A stretch of DNA of 64,000 nt from Candidatus Roseilinea mizusawaensis (GTDB taxonomy: Bacteria; Chloroflexota; Anaerolineae; J036; Brachytrichaceae). Shown piece after piece: positions 28,751 through 38,378 of the stretch (the first letter of the stretch is position 1; each line of letters starts with the position of its first letter). The stretch spans positions 39,305 through 103,304 of the forward strand of contig JAEANN010000016.1 in the NCBI GenBank assembly GCA_016841965.1. The letters are read 5' to 3'. Under the pieces are notes generated by a model. That model worked only from the letters and a program-made list of their open reading frames with translations, did no database searches and was not told the origin of the DNA. The position numbers were made by a program, and so were the translations under genes.

Positions 28751-28817
28751 CGATGTCGCATTGCGAATTGCTGCATGTCACAGACAACCCCACAAGGTAA
28801 CCAGACGGAAACACAAG

Positions 28818-29864
28818 ATGATTAAGATCGGAATCTACGGAGCGACTGGATATACCGGCGTCGAACTGGCGCGTATCCTCAGCCGGCACTCCAAGGCGAC
28901 GATCGGTTTTGCCGCGTCCGAGACCTACGCCGGCCAGCGTTTGTCCGACGCCCTGCCGTGCCCGTTCGACATCCCATTAGTGAAAACCGAAGACGCCCCG
29001 CTCGCCGATGTGGATGTGGTCTTCTCCTGTTTGCCACACGGTCCTTCGGCTGAACTGTGCCATCACGCCCTGACGCTCGGCAAGCGGGTGATCGACCTGT
29101 CGGCAGACTTCCGCCTGCGCGACCCCGCGGCCTATGCGCGCGCCTATCAGCATGCGCATCCACATCCCGATCTGCTGGCCCAGGCCGTGTATGGCTTGCC
29201 AGAGGTCTACCGCGCACTCATTCCCGATGCTGATCTGATTGCAAATCCCGGCTGTTACCCCACCAGCGTCATTCTGGGCGCGCTGCCGGTGCTGGAACTG
29301 GGTGCGCTAGAGGGGAATCTGATCATCGCCGACAGCAAATCGGGCGTCAGCGGCGCCGGGCGCAAGCCAACCCTGACCACGCACTTTGTTGAGGTCAATG
29401 AGAGCCTGGCCCCGTATAACATCGGCCGCGTACATCGCCATGTGCCAGAAATGGAGCAGGAGTTGAACGCACTGGTCAGGAATCAGCCGCCGGCTATGAG
29501 CGGTCAGATCGCGGTGTTGTTCACGCCGCATTTGCTGCCCATCTCGCGCGGCATGTTAAGCGCGCTCTACCTGCGCCTGACGCCCGAAGGCGCGCAGGCC
29601 GACTGGCACGCCATTTACACGCGCCGGTTTGATGGCGAGCCGTTTGTGCGGGTGTTGCCCAAAGGGCAAATTGCCACGATCGCGCACGCCAATCACACCA
29701 ACTATGCGGTCCTCTCGGTCGGGCCGGTGGTGGGCATCGAGCAGGGCAGCCCCACGCTGTTGGTAGTGTCGTGCATCGATAATTTGCTGAAAGGCGCGTC
29801 GGGCCAGGCGGTTCAGAATATGAATCTGATGTTTGGGTTCGACGAACGCGAAGGGTTGCTGTAA
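28818..29864 (+). CDS. argC: N-acetyl-gamma-glutamyl-phosphate reductase
   Basis: IGIYGATGYTG NAD(P) loop and catalytic Cys in NPGCYPTS. Start trimmed to MIKIGIYG (ATG 28818). Confidence 0.92.
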   Translation: MIKIGIYGATGYTGVELARILSRHSKATIGFAASETYAGQRLSDALPCPFDIPLVKTEDAPLADVDVVFSCLPHGPSAELCHHALTLGKRVIDLSADFRLRDPAAYARAYQHAHPHPDLLAQAVYGLPEVYRALIPDADLIANPGCYPTSVILGALPVLELGALEGNLIIADSKSGVSGAGRKPTLTTHFVEVNESLAPYNIGRVHRHVPEMEQELNALVRNQPPAMSGQIAVLFTPHLLPISRGMLSALYLRLTPEGAQADWHAIYTRRFDGEPFVRVLPKGQIATIAHANHTNYAVLSVGPVVGIEQGSPTLLVVSCIDNLLKGASGQAVQNMNLMFGFDEREGLL

Positions 29865-29920
29865 AGATTTTGGATTTGGGATTGTAGGGCAAGCCGCCGG
29901 TTTGCCCCGCGTTCAAGAGA

Positions 29921-31180
29921 TTGAAGACGATGCAGAGCTTGAGCATCATGCCGGCAGAGTCGGCGGCGCAGGTGATGGAAGCGCGTGGGCTGTTTGTAGA
30001 GTATGCGCAGTCGCTGGGCTTCAGCCTGTGTTTTCAGGGTTTCGATGAGGAGCTGGCCGGCCTGCCCGGCAAGTATGCCGCGCCGAAAGGCCGGCTGTTG
30101 CTCGCGCGCGTGGAGGGGCAACTGGCCGGCTGTGTGGCGCTGCAACCGATCGACTCGCGGGCCTGCGAAATGAAACGGCTCTACGTGCGGCCCGAATACC
30201 GAGGCCGGGGCATCGGGCGCGCGCTGGCGCAGGCGATTGTCGAGGCCGGCCGTCAGATCGGCTATCGCACTATGCAACTCGACACGCTGACATCTATGCC
30301 GGAGGCGATGGCGCTGTATCGCTCGATGGGCTTTGTGGAGCGCGCGCCCTATCGCTTCAATCCTCTCGCAGGCGCGGTGTACATGGCGTTGCCGCTGGCG
30401 CAAGTCGAGGTGTACAAGGTCAGTGGCAGCGAGCTGGACGACCCGGCCTTCAGCCGGCGTTTTGCCGGTTGCATTGCCGGGGCGGCGCGGGCCGGCGTGA
30501 AACCAATTGTCGTGCATGGCGGAGGCAAAGAATTGACAGCCCTGCTCGGCGCGCTGCAAATCGAGTCGCGCTTTGTGAATGGCCTGCGCGTGACCGACGC
30601 CAGAGCGCGCGATGCGGCGCTCATGGTGCTGGCCGGCCTGGCCAACAAGCGGCTGGTTGCTGCATTGCTGGCCGAAGGCGTGGATGCTATCGGTGTGTGC
30701 GGCGTCGATCGTGGGCTGGTGCGTGTGTGTGCGCTCGACCCCGAATTGCAATATGTGGGCAAGCCCACCGCCGTGCGCGCCGAGGCGTTGGACGAGTGGT
30801 TGTGTCAGAAAATTGTGCCGGTCATCGCCCCCATGTCGTTGGGCGACGATGGCGAGATTTACAATGTCAACGCCGACCACGTAGCGGCGGTTGTCGCTTC
30901 GGCCATCGAGGCCGACCGGCTGACGTTTGTGACAAATGTGCCGGCGGTGCTCGATGCCAACAAACTGCCGATTGCCAATCTTTCTGCAGAGCAGGCCGGG
31001 GCGTTGATCGAAGCCGGCGTCATCTCCGGCGGGATGATTCCAAAAGTGCGCTCGGCCCTAGAAACGCTGGGCAATGGCGTCGGCCGGGTGCGCATCACCG
31101 ATCTGGATGGCATTGTCACCGGGGCCGGCACGACGTTTAACCTACACCCTGAACGCGCACTATCCGGCGCTCAGAACTGA
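29921..31180 (+). CDS. argB: Fusion protein: N-terminal GNAT acetyltransferase (~155 aa) plus C-terminal acetylglutamate kinase (amino acid kinase fold)
   Basis: GNAT core: RLYVRPEYRGRGIGRALAQAIVEAGR. Kinase part: VYKVSGSEL..PIVVHGGGKELT..FVNGLRVTD..YNVNADHVAA..GGMIPKV. One uninterrupted frame. Start is TTG 29921 or ATG 29930. Confidence 0.8.
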   Translation: MKTMQSLSIMPAESAAQVMEARGLFVEYAQSLGFSLCFQGFDEELAGLPGKYAAPKGRLLLARVEGQLAGCVALQPIDSRACEMKRLYVRPEYRGRGIGRALAQAIVEAGRQIGYRTMQLDTLTSMPEAMALYRSMGFVERAPYRFNPLAGAVYMALPLAQVEVYKVSGSELDDPAFSRRFAGCIAGAARAGVKPIVVHGGGKELTALLGALQIESRFVNGLRVTDARARDAALMVLAGLANKRLVAALLAEGVDAIGVCGVDRGLVRVCALDPELQYVGKPTAVRAEALDEWLCQKIVPVIAPMSLGDDGEIYNVNADHVAAVVASAIEADRLTFVTNVPAVLDANKLPIANLSAEQAGALIEAGVISGGMIPKVRSALETLGNGVGRVRITDLDGIVTGAGTTFNLHPERALSGAQN

Positions 31181-31188
31181 ACTGTTAA

Positions 31189-32628
<1,440 letters not shown>

Positions 32629-32632
32629 CGCA

Positions 32633-34507
32633 TTGGACATCGACGTTCGACCCGCCGGCCCAGATGATGTGTCGTCTATTGTGTTGCTGGTGGCTGCCAA
32701 TGCCCGCAAGGGTGGCCTGTTGCCGCGCAGCGAGACCAACATTCGCGCCACGCTCAAAAACTTTGTGGTCGCCGTGGCCTCTGGTGAGGGGCCGCTGGCA
32801 AATGACGATGGCAAGCCGGTTGTTGTTGGTTGCGGTTCGCTGGCGCCGATGAACTCCACACTGGTCGAGTTGCGTTCGCTGGCAGTAGATGAACGCGTGC
32901 GCGGGGCCGGCGTGGGCCAGCGTATCGTTTCTTCTCTGATCGACCTGGCGCGCCAGCGCAAGTTTGGCACTTTATTTGCGCTGACGCGCGCCACGCGCTT
33001 TTTCGAGAAATGCGGGTTTACTCTGGCGCCAAAGGAGTTTTTTCCAGAGAAGGTCTGGCGCGATTGTGTGGCTTGTCCCATGCTGTCCAACTGCGATGAA
33101 GTGGCGATGGTGTTGCCGCTGTCGTCGGAAGACACCGTGGCGCATCAAGGTCTGGCCGGCGCGCGCGCGCCAGACCCGGCCCGCGAGAAGACAATCCCCT
33201 TGCAGGTCGTCAGCAAGATGCGCACGGCGCAGGAGAGCGTTGCAATCAACACACACGAACTGGTCAATCGAGTTGTGCTGGCTTACAGCGGCGGCCTCGA
33301 CACAGCTTGTGCTGTGCCCTGGCTGCGCGAGACCTACGGCTGTGAAGTGATCTGCTTTGTGGCCGATGTGGGGCAGGGCGGCGATTTCGAGGCCATCAAG
33401 CAGCGCGCGATTGCATCCGGCGCAGCCGACTGCATCGTCGAAGACCTGCGCGAAGAGTTCGCCAATGAATACCTGTTTCCGCTCATTCAAAGCGGCGCAA
33501 TCTACGAAGGCAAGTATCTGCTGGGTGCAAGCATTGTGCGCCCGCTCATTGCCAAGCACCAGGTCGATTGGGCGGCCCGGCTTGGCGCCGATGCAGTCGC
33601 GCACGCAGCCACCGGCAAAGGCAACGATCAGGTGCGCTTTGAGCTAAGTTACATGGCGCTTAATCCTCGCCTGAAGGTGATTGCGCCCTGGCGTGAATGG
33701 CACATACGCGGGCGCGAAGATGCGATTGCCTATGCGCGCGCACACAATGTCCCTATTAGCCAGTCTTTAGAACGCATTTATTCCGGTGACCACAGCCTGT
33801 GGCACAAGAGCGCCGAAGGTGGCAGCCTCGAAGACCCTTGGCGTGAGCCGGATCCCGGACTGTACGGCATGACCGTCGCCCCTGAACAAGCGCCCGACGA
33901 GCCGGAATACGTGGAAATTGAGTTTGTATGCGGCTTGCCCAAGAAAGTGAACGGCAAGAGTATGGGCGGCGCCGAGCTGATCGAGACGTTAAATCAGATC
34001 GGCGCGCGGCATGGAGTAGGTCGGGTGGACTTGGTGGAGAACCGGTTGATCGGCATTAAATCCCGCGGAGTGTATGAGACGCCGGGCGGCACGATCCTGC
34101 GCGCGGCGCATCAAGGACTGGAAGAATTGACGCTCGATCGTGAGACGTTGCACTTCAAACAGATGGTCGCCCTGCGGTACGCTGAACTGATCTACAACGG
34201 CCAGTGGTTCACACCCTTGCGCGATGCGATTCAGGCATTTGTAATGGTCACACAGCGCGATGTGACCGGCACAGCCCGCGTGAAGCTATTTAAGGGCAAC
34301 GCAGTGCTGGTGGGAAGAAAGGCAGCTTACTCGCTCTATCGGGAAGATCTGGCAACTTTCCTGCGCGATGACGTGTATAACCACCATGATGCGGAGGGAT
34401 TTATTCGGCTGTACGGTTTGCCGTTGCGGGTCAAAGCGCAGGTTGATCTCAATCGCGCCGCGCGTGTGGCGCCGCTGGATATGCCGGCCGGAGAAGGGCG
34501 AGATTGA
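32633..34507 (+). CDS. argG: Fusion protein: N-terminal short NAGS-like GNAT domain (~165 aa) plus linker plus canonical (type 1) argininosuccinate synthase
   Basis: GNAT part: ELRSLAVDERVRGAGVGQRIV...FFEKCGF...PEKVWRDCVACPMLSNCDEVAM. ArgG part: [52 protein letters not shown] start 8 nt after a GGAGGG RBS. Confidence 0.85.
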   Translation: MDIDVRPAGPDDVSSIVLLVAANARKGGLLPRSETNIRATLKNFVVAVASGEGPLANDDGKPVVVGCGSLAPMNSTLVELRSLAVDERVRGAGVGQRIVSSLIDLARQRKFGTLFALTRATRFFEKCGFTLAPKEFFPEKVWRDCVACPMLSNCDEVAMVLPLSSEDTVAHQGLAGARAPDPAREKTIPLQVVSKMRTAQESVAINTHELVNRVVLAYSGGLDTACAVPWLRETYGCEVICFVADVGQGGDFEAIKQRAIASGAADCIVEDLREEFANEYLFPLIQSGAIYEGKYLLGASIVRPLIAKHQVDWAARLGADAVAHAATGKGNDQVRFELSYMALNPRLKVIAPWREWHIRGREDAIAYARAHNVPISQSLERIYSGDHSLWHKSAEGGSLEDPWREPDPGLYGMTVAPEQAPDEPEYVEIEFVCGLPKKVNGKSMGGAELIETLNQIGARHGVGRVDLVENRLIGIKSRGVYETPGGTILRAAHQGLEELTLDRETLHFKQMVALRYAELIYNGQWFTPLRDAIQAFVMVTQRDVTGTARVKLFKGNAVLVGRKAAYSLYREDLATFLRDDVYNHHDAEGFIRLYGLPLRVKAQVDLNRAARVAPLDMPAGEGRD

Positions 34508-34534
34508 GGTGAGGCCGGCCCGGCCTATGCCAGC

Positions 34535-36703
34535 TTAGCGCCGGCCTCTCTGGCTGCCGCTGCGTCCCCGGCGACTCGGTCGTGGATAGGGCTGCTCTGG
34601 CGAGACGGAGGAGGTTGCCGTGGCTGCCGGCGCCAGTTCATCTTCGGCAATCGGCTCTCCCATGCGGCGCACTTTTTCCCATTCCGGCGTTTTGTCGTCG
34701 ATGTCGTTGAGCATCTGGCGCAACTCGAAAATCTGATCGCGCAGCATGGCCGCTTTCTCAAACTCCAGTTCTTTTGCAGCCGCTTTCATCTGCTTCTCCA
34801 GGTCGCTCAGCAGCCGGTGTGCTTCGTGCCTGGGCAGATCGCGCAGCGAGAGTTGCTTGCTGTCGCCGGAATTGCCCGCGCCATAGCCGGCTTTCGGCTC
34901 GGCTAGTACACGCACCCGGTCGGTCAGGTCGCGGATGGCCTTATAGATCTGCTGCGGCTCGATGCCGTGCGCTTGGTTGTAGGCAATCTGCTTGGTGCGC
35001 CGCCGGTTGGTCTCGTCGATTGCTTTTTGCATCGAGTCGGTGATGTGATCGGCGTACATGATGACCTTGCCGTGCACACTGCGGGCAGCGCGGCCGATCG
35101 TTTGGATGAGGGACGTGGTGCTGCGCAAGAACCCCTCTTTGTCGGCGTCGAGGATGGCAACCAGCGACACTTCCGGCAGGTCCAGACCTTCGCGCAGCAG
35201 GTTGATGCCCACTACGACATCGTATTGACCCAGCCGCAGGTCGCGCAGGATCTCCACACGTTCAACCGTCTGCACTTCGCTGTGCAGGTACTGTACCTTA
35301 ATGCCCAGCTCGAGTAGGTAATCGGTCAGGTCTTCGGCCATGCGCTTGGTGAGCGTGGTGACCAGCGCGCGCTCGCCGCGCCCCACGCGCTCGCGGATTT
35401 GAGTAATCAGATCATCGACCTGGCCCTGCACAGGGCGAACTTCGACTTCGGGATCGACGATGCCGGTAGGACGGATGATTTGTTCGGCGATCACCTGGCT
35501 GTGTTGCAATTCATAAGGACCTGGGGTGGCGCTCACAAATATGGCCTGGCGGAAGCGTTGCTCGAACTCGTCGAAGCGCAAGGGGCGGTTGTCGAGGGCG
35601 CTGGGCAGGCGGAATCCGTAATCGACCAGCACTTGCTTGCGGGCGCGATCGCCGTTGTACATGCCGTTCAGTTGCGGGATGGTCATGTGGCTCTCGTCGA
35701 TGACAAGCACAAAGTCGTCGGGGAAATAGTCGAGCAGCGAAAAGGGGGGGGTGCCAGGCGGCCGGCCATCCAGTGGGCGCGAGTAGTTCTCGATGCCGCT
35801 GGTATACCCTACCTCGCGCAGCATTTCCAGGTCATAGCGCACACGCTGTTCAATCCGCTGGGCTTCGAGTAGTTTGTCGTTATCCTTGAAGAACTTGATG
35901 CGCGCTTCCAGTTCTGCTTCGATGGACTCGATGGCAGCCTTCAACTTTTCCTGTGGCGTGATGAAGTGTTTGGCCGGGTAGATCTCAACTTCGCCTAGCT
36001 CACGAAGCACTTCGCCGGTGAGGGTGTCGATTTCCGTCAGGCGCTCCACTTCGTCGCCGAAGAACTCGATGCGATAGGCGGTGTCGGTGTAAGCCGGCTG
36101 CACTTCCAGAGTGTCGCCGCGCACACGGAACTTGCCGCGTGAGAGAGACTGATCGTTGCGCTCGTACAGAATGGCGACCAGCATGCGCAGCACAATTTCG
36201 CGCCGGCGTACCTCGCCTTTGCGCAACTTGACGACGAACCGACCATAGTCCTCCGGGTTGCCGATGCCGTAGATGCACGACACCGAGGCGACGATGATGA
36301 CATCGCGCCGGCTCATCAGCGCGCTCGTAGCGGCCAGACGCAGCCGGTCTAGTTCGTCGTTGATCGAGGCGTCTTTCTCAATGAAAAGGTCATAGCGCGG
36401 GACGTAGGCTTCTGGCTGATAGTAGTCGTAGTACGAGACGAAATATTCAACTGCATTATTAGGAAAGAAATCTTTGAACTCCGCGTACAACTGCGCGGCC
36501 AGCGTCTTGTTGTGCGCAATGATCAGCGCCGGGCGTTGCACACGCTCGATCACCTTGGCGATGGTGTAGGTTTTGCCGGTGCCGGTAGCGCCAAGCAGCG
36601 TGGTGTAGCGATTGCCGGCGTTCAAGCTGTCGACAATCGTGTTGATCGCCTCCGGCTGATCGCCGGTGGGTTCAAAGGGCGAGTGAACGGCAAACTCTGG
36701 CAT
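34535..36703 (-). CDS. uvrB: Excinuclease ABC subunit B
   Basis: GATGTGKT Walker A, IDESH box, helicase C motifs and a C-terminal UVR domain ([18 protein letters not shown]). Confidence 0.95.
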   Translation of the reverse strand: MPEFAVHSPFEPTGDQPEAINTIVDSLNAGNRYTTLLGATGTGKTYTIAKVIERVQRPALIIAHNKTLAAQLYAEFKDFFPNNAVEYFVSYYDYYQPEAYVPRYDLFIEKDASINDELDRLRLAATSALMSRRDVIIVASVSCIYGIGNPEDYGRFVVKLRKGEVRRREIVLRMLVAILYERNDQSLSRGKFRVRGDTLEVQPAYTDTAYRIEFFGDEVERLTEIDTLTGEVLRELGEVEIYPAKHFITPQEKLKAAIESIEAELEARIKFFKDNDKLLEAQRIEQRVRYDLEMLREVGYTSGIENYSRPLDGRPPGTPPFSLLDYFPDDFVLVIDESHMTIPQLNGMYNGDRARKQVLVDYGFRLPSALDNRPLRFDEFEQRFRQAIFVSATPGPYELQHSQVIAEQIIRPTGIVDPEVEVRPVQGQVDDLITQIRERVGRGERALVTTLTKRMAEDLTDYLLELGIKVQYLHSEVQTVERVEILRDLRLGQYDVVVGINLLREGLDLPEVSLVAILDADKEGFLRSTTSLIQTIGRAARSVHGKVIMYADHITDSMQKAIDETNRRRTKQIAYNQAHGIEPQQIYKAIRDLTDRVRVLAEPKAGYGAGNSGDSKQLSLRDLPRHEAHRLLSDLEKQMKAAAKELEFEKAAMLRDQIFELRQMLNDIDDKTPEWEKVRRMGEPIAEDELAPAATATSSVSPEQPYPRPSRRGRSGSQRGRR

Positions 36704-36710
36704 GGGGGGG

Positions 36711-36716
36711 ATTATA
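36711..36716 (-). promoter_or_regulatory. -10 TATAAT exactly 7 nt upstream of the uvrB ATG (leaderless-type)
   Basis: Minus strand reads TATAAT-ccccccc-ATG. Confidence 0.6.
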
Positions 36717-36729
36717 GAACAGACGTTCA
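36716..36729. promoter_or_regulatory. Candidate LexA (Cheo-type) SOS box AGAAC-AGAC-GTTCA abutting the uvrB -10
   Basis: Contains GAAC-N4-GTTC, and the N4 (AGAC) fits RNRY of CGAACRNRYGTTCG. Overlaps the promoter spacer of uvrB, a classical SOS gene. Confidence 0.45.
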
Positions 36730-37074
36730 GAGCAGCTTGATGACAAGCGCTTGCGCCTGGCGCGCCCAGACGCCCAGACAGGCGACTTTACATCAATTTT
36801 GCCAACTGTGCTAAAATGCCTCTACGGCAAGGGAAGCCGGATGAGTTCAGTCCAAGGTGATGACTGCGTTCCCAATGCATCGAGCAACGTGTCGCCCTCT
36901 TTGGGCATCCGGGAGAGTATCCGTTGAAATCAGCAGCGCACTGGTGCGCCGCTGATCGCTGCATGTGTGGAACCTCGTTTTCACCCCCCACTTTCAGGAG
37001 GAGATGATCGATCGGCCGCAGAACATCTTTCACATCGCGTTCAGCATAACTTGATTGAGATTCCTGTTCGTACA

Positions 37075-37104
37075 TTTACATGTTCGGTTTGTGTGCTCTA
37101 AGCT
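37075..37104 (+). promoter_or_regulatory. Candidate proximal promoter of the RRM gene: TTTACA-N18-TAAGCT
   Basis: -35 at 37075-80 and -10 at 37099-37104. Would give a ~30-nt leader with GGAGA 10 nt before the ATG. Confidence 0.35.
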
Positions 37105-37140
37105 GAGCAATCGCATTAGTTTACGGAGATAGATAGAATC

Positions 37141-37491
37141 ATGCCAAGCAGGCTGTATGTTGGCAACTTGTCGTACACAACGACAGATGAATCATTGCGC
37201 GCGTTCTTTGCTACTGTTGGCCATGTCAAGGAGACCGAGGTTGTGATGGACCGCCAGATGGGTCGTTCCAAAGGCTTCGGGTTCGTTGAGATGATGACCG
37301 ATGAAGATGCACAGAGAGCAAAGGACATGCTGGACGGGAAGATGCTGGATTCGCGTCCATTGCGGATCGACTTTGCCAAGCCCAAGGAGACTCGCCCACG
37401 TGCTGGCGCCGGCATGAGTGCTGTGCCTTCAATGGGTGGGGATCGTCCGCGCCGCTTCAATCGTGGTAGCCGCGACGACTTCCGCGACTGA
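37141..37491 (+). CDS. RRM-type RNA-binding protein with Gly/Arg-rich tail
   Basis: RNP-2 LYVGNL and RNP-1 KGFGFVEM; 116 aa. Confidence 0.9.
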   Translation: MPSRLYVGNLSYTTTDESLRAFFATVGHVKETEVVMDRQMGRSKGFGFVEMMTDEDAQRAKDMLDGKMLDSRPLRIDFAKPKETRPRAGAGMSAVPSMGGDRPRRFNRGSRDDFRD

Positions 37492-37545
37492 AACAAACCT
37501 GTTCTAAGACAAACGCACAGGCCTTCCTGGCCTAATCAAGTGAAT

Positions 37546-37569
37546 CGCCCCGCACCTGCGGGGCGATTT
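37546..37569. terminator. Intrinsic terminator hairpin CGCCCCGC-ACCT-GCGGGGCG followed by ATTTA
   Basis: 8-bp GC stem between the convergent RRM gene and response regulator gene. Confidence 0.7.
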
Positions 37570-37600
37570 ACCTTGTCAAGCGCACAAACGAAGGGTGAGA

Positions 37601-38284
37601 TCATTCCTCACGCAGTACGTATCCCACGCCTCGTACGGTGTGAATAAGCCGAGACTCTCCGTTGGCCTCTGTTTTCTGGCGCAGGTAGCGAATGTACACT
37701 TCAAGCACGTTGCTCTCGCCCCCAAAGTCGTAGCCCCAGACCCGATCTAGAATTTGCTCTCGGGTGAGCACTTGGCGCGGGTTGCGCATCAGATACTCCA
37801 GAAGGTCGTATTCCTTGGCTGTCAGCTCAAAAGTCCGCTCGGCGCGCTTGGCCAGACGGGTGCCCGTGTCCAGAACCAGGTCGGAATAGCGCAAGATTTC
37901 AGGTTTGGAACTGGGCGCAGCGCGCCGGAGCAGCGCATGTACTCGCGCGAGCAATTCGGGGAAAGCAAATGGCTTGACCAGATAATCATCGGCGCCTGCC
38001 TCCAGGCCCATGACGCGATCTGGCACCGAATCCTTGGCTGTCAGCATCAGAATGGGCGTGTTGCCGGCCGAGCGAAGCCGCCGGCAGACCTCGAGTCCGT
38101 CCAGTCCCGGCATCATCCAATCGAGGATGACCAGATCGGGTGGGTTGTCGCGCGCAGCCGCTAATCCCCCAGCGCCATCTGCCGCGACGGTCACTTTGTA
38201 GTTCTCATAGGCCAGACCTCGGCGCAGTAAGTCGCGTATTGCGGGATCGTCTTCGATCACCAGAATATGTTCCATCGTAGACAT
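37601..38284 (-). CDS. OmpR/PhoB-family response regulator (no cognate kinase in the window)
   Basis: Receiver domain ([25 protein letters not shown]) plus winged-helix domain ([12 protein letters not shown]..., RGVGYVL). Start trimmed to ATG 38284 with a GGGAGA RBS. Confidence 0.9.
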   Translation of the reverse strand: MSTMEHILVIEDDPAIRDLLRRGLAYENYKVTVAADGAGGLAAARDNPPDLVILDWMMPGLDGLEVCRRLRSAGNTPILMLTAKDSVPDRVMGLEAGADDYLVKPFAFPELLARVHALLRRAAPSSKPEILRYSDLVLDTGTRLAKRAERTFELTAKEYDLLEYLMRNPRQVLTREQILDRVWGYDFGGESNVLEVYIRYLRQKTEANGESRLIHTVRGVGYVLREE

Positions 38285-38378
38285 GTCGGTCTCCCTTAAC
38301 CTTGCGGGGTAGTGGGCCTGGGTTTGATTGCATTCTGTCGCCCGCTCTATCCCAACATCTGCCCTATTATCGGATATG

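Noticed and set aside
28818-31180. argC/argB interpreted as LysY/LysZ of a LysW carrier-protein (AAA) pathway.
   Set aside because: No lysW-like small zinc-finger/acidic-tail ORF and no lysX (ATP-grasp) gene are in or near the cluster. The two argG genes place the cluster in arginine synthesis.
36826-36960. Possible cobalamin riboswitch, because of AAGGGAAGCCGG and a GCACTGG element.
   Set aside because: The P4-P6 core, the B12 box (GCCACTG in the right context) and the downstream GGGAAG/AGCC elements are absent or in the wrong order. A B12 riboswitch before an RRM protein gene makes no functional sense. The region is kept only as 'unexplained structured region'.
37004-37054. 16-codon uORF (MIDRPQNIFHIAFSIT) after AGGAGGAG in the uvrB-rbp spacer.
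   Set aside because: The SD-like sequence abuts the ATG (about 2 nt spacing). There is no codon bias or regulatory logic evident, and no terminator follows.
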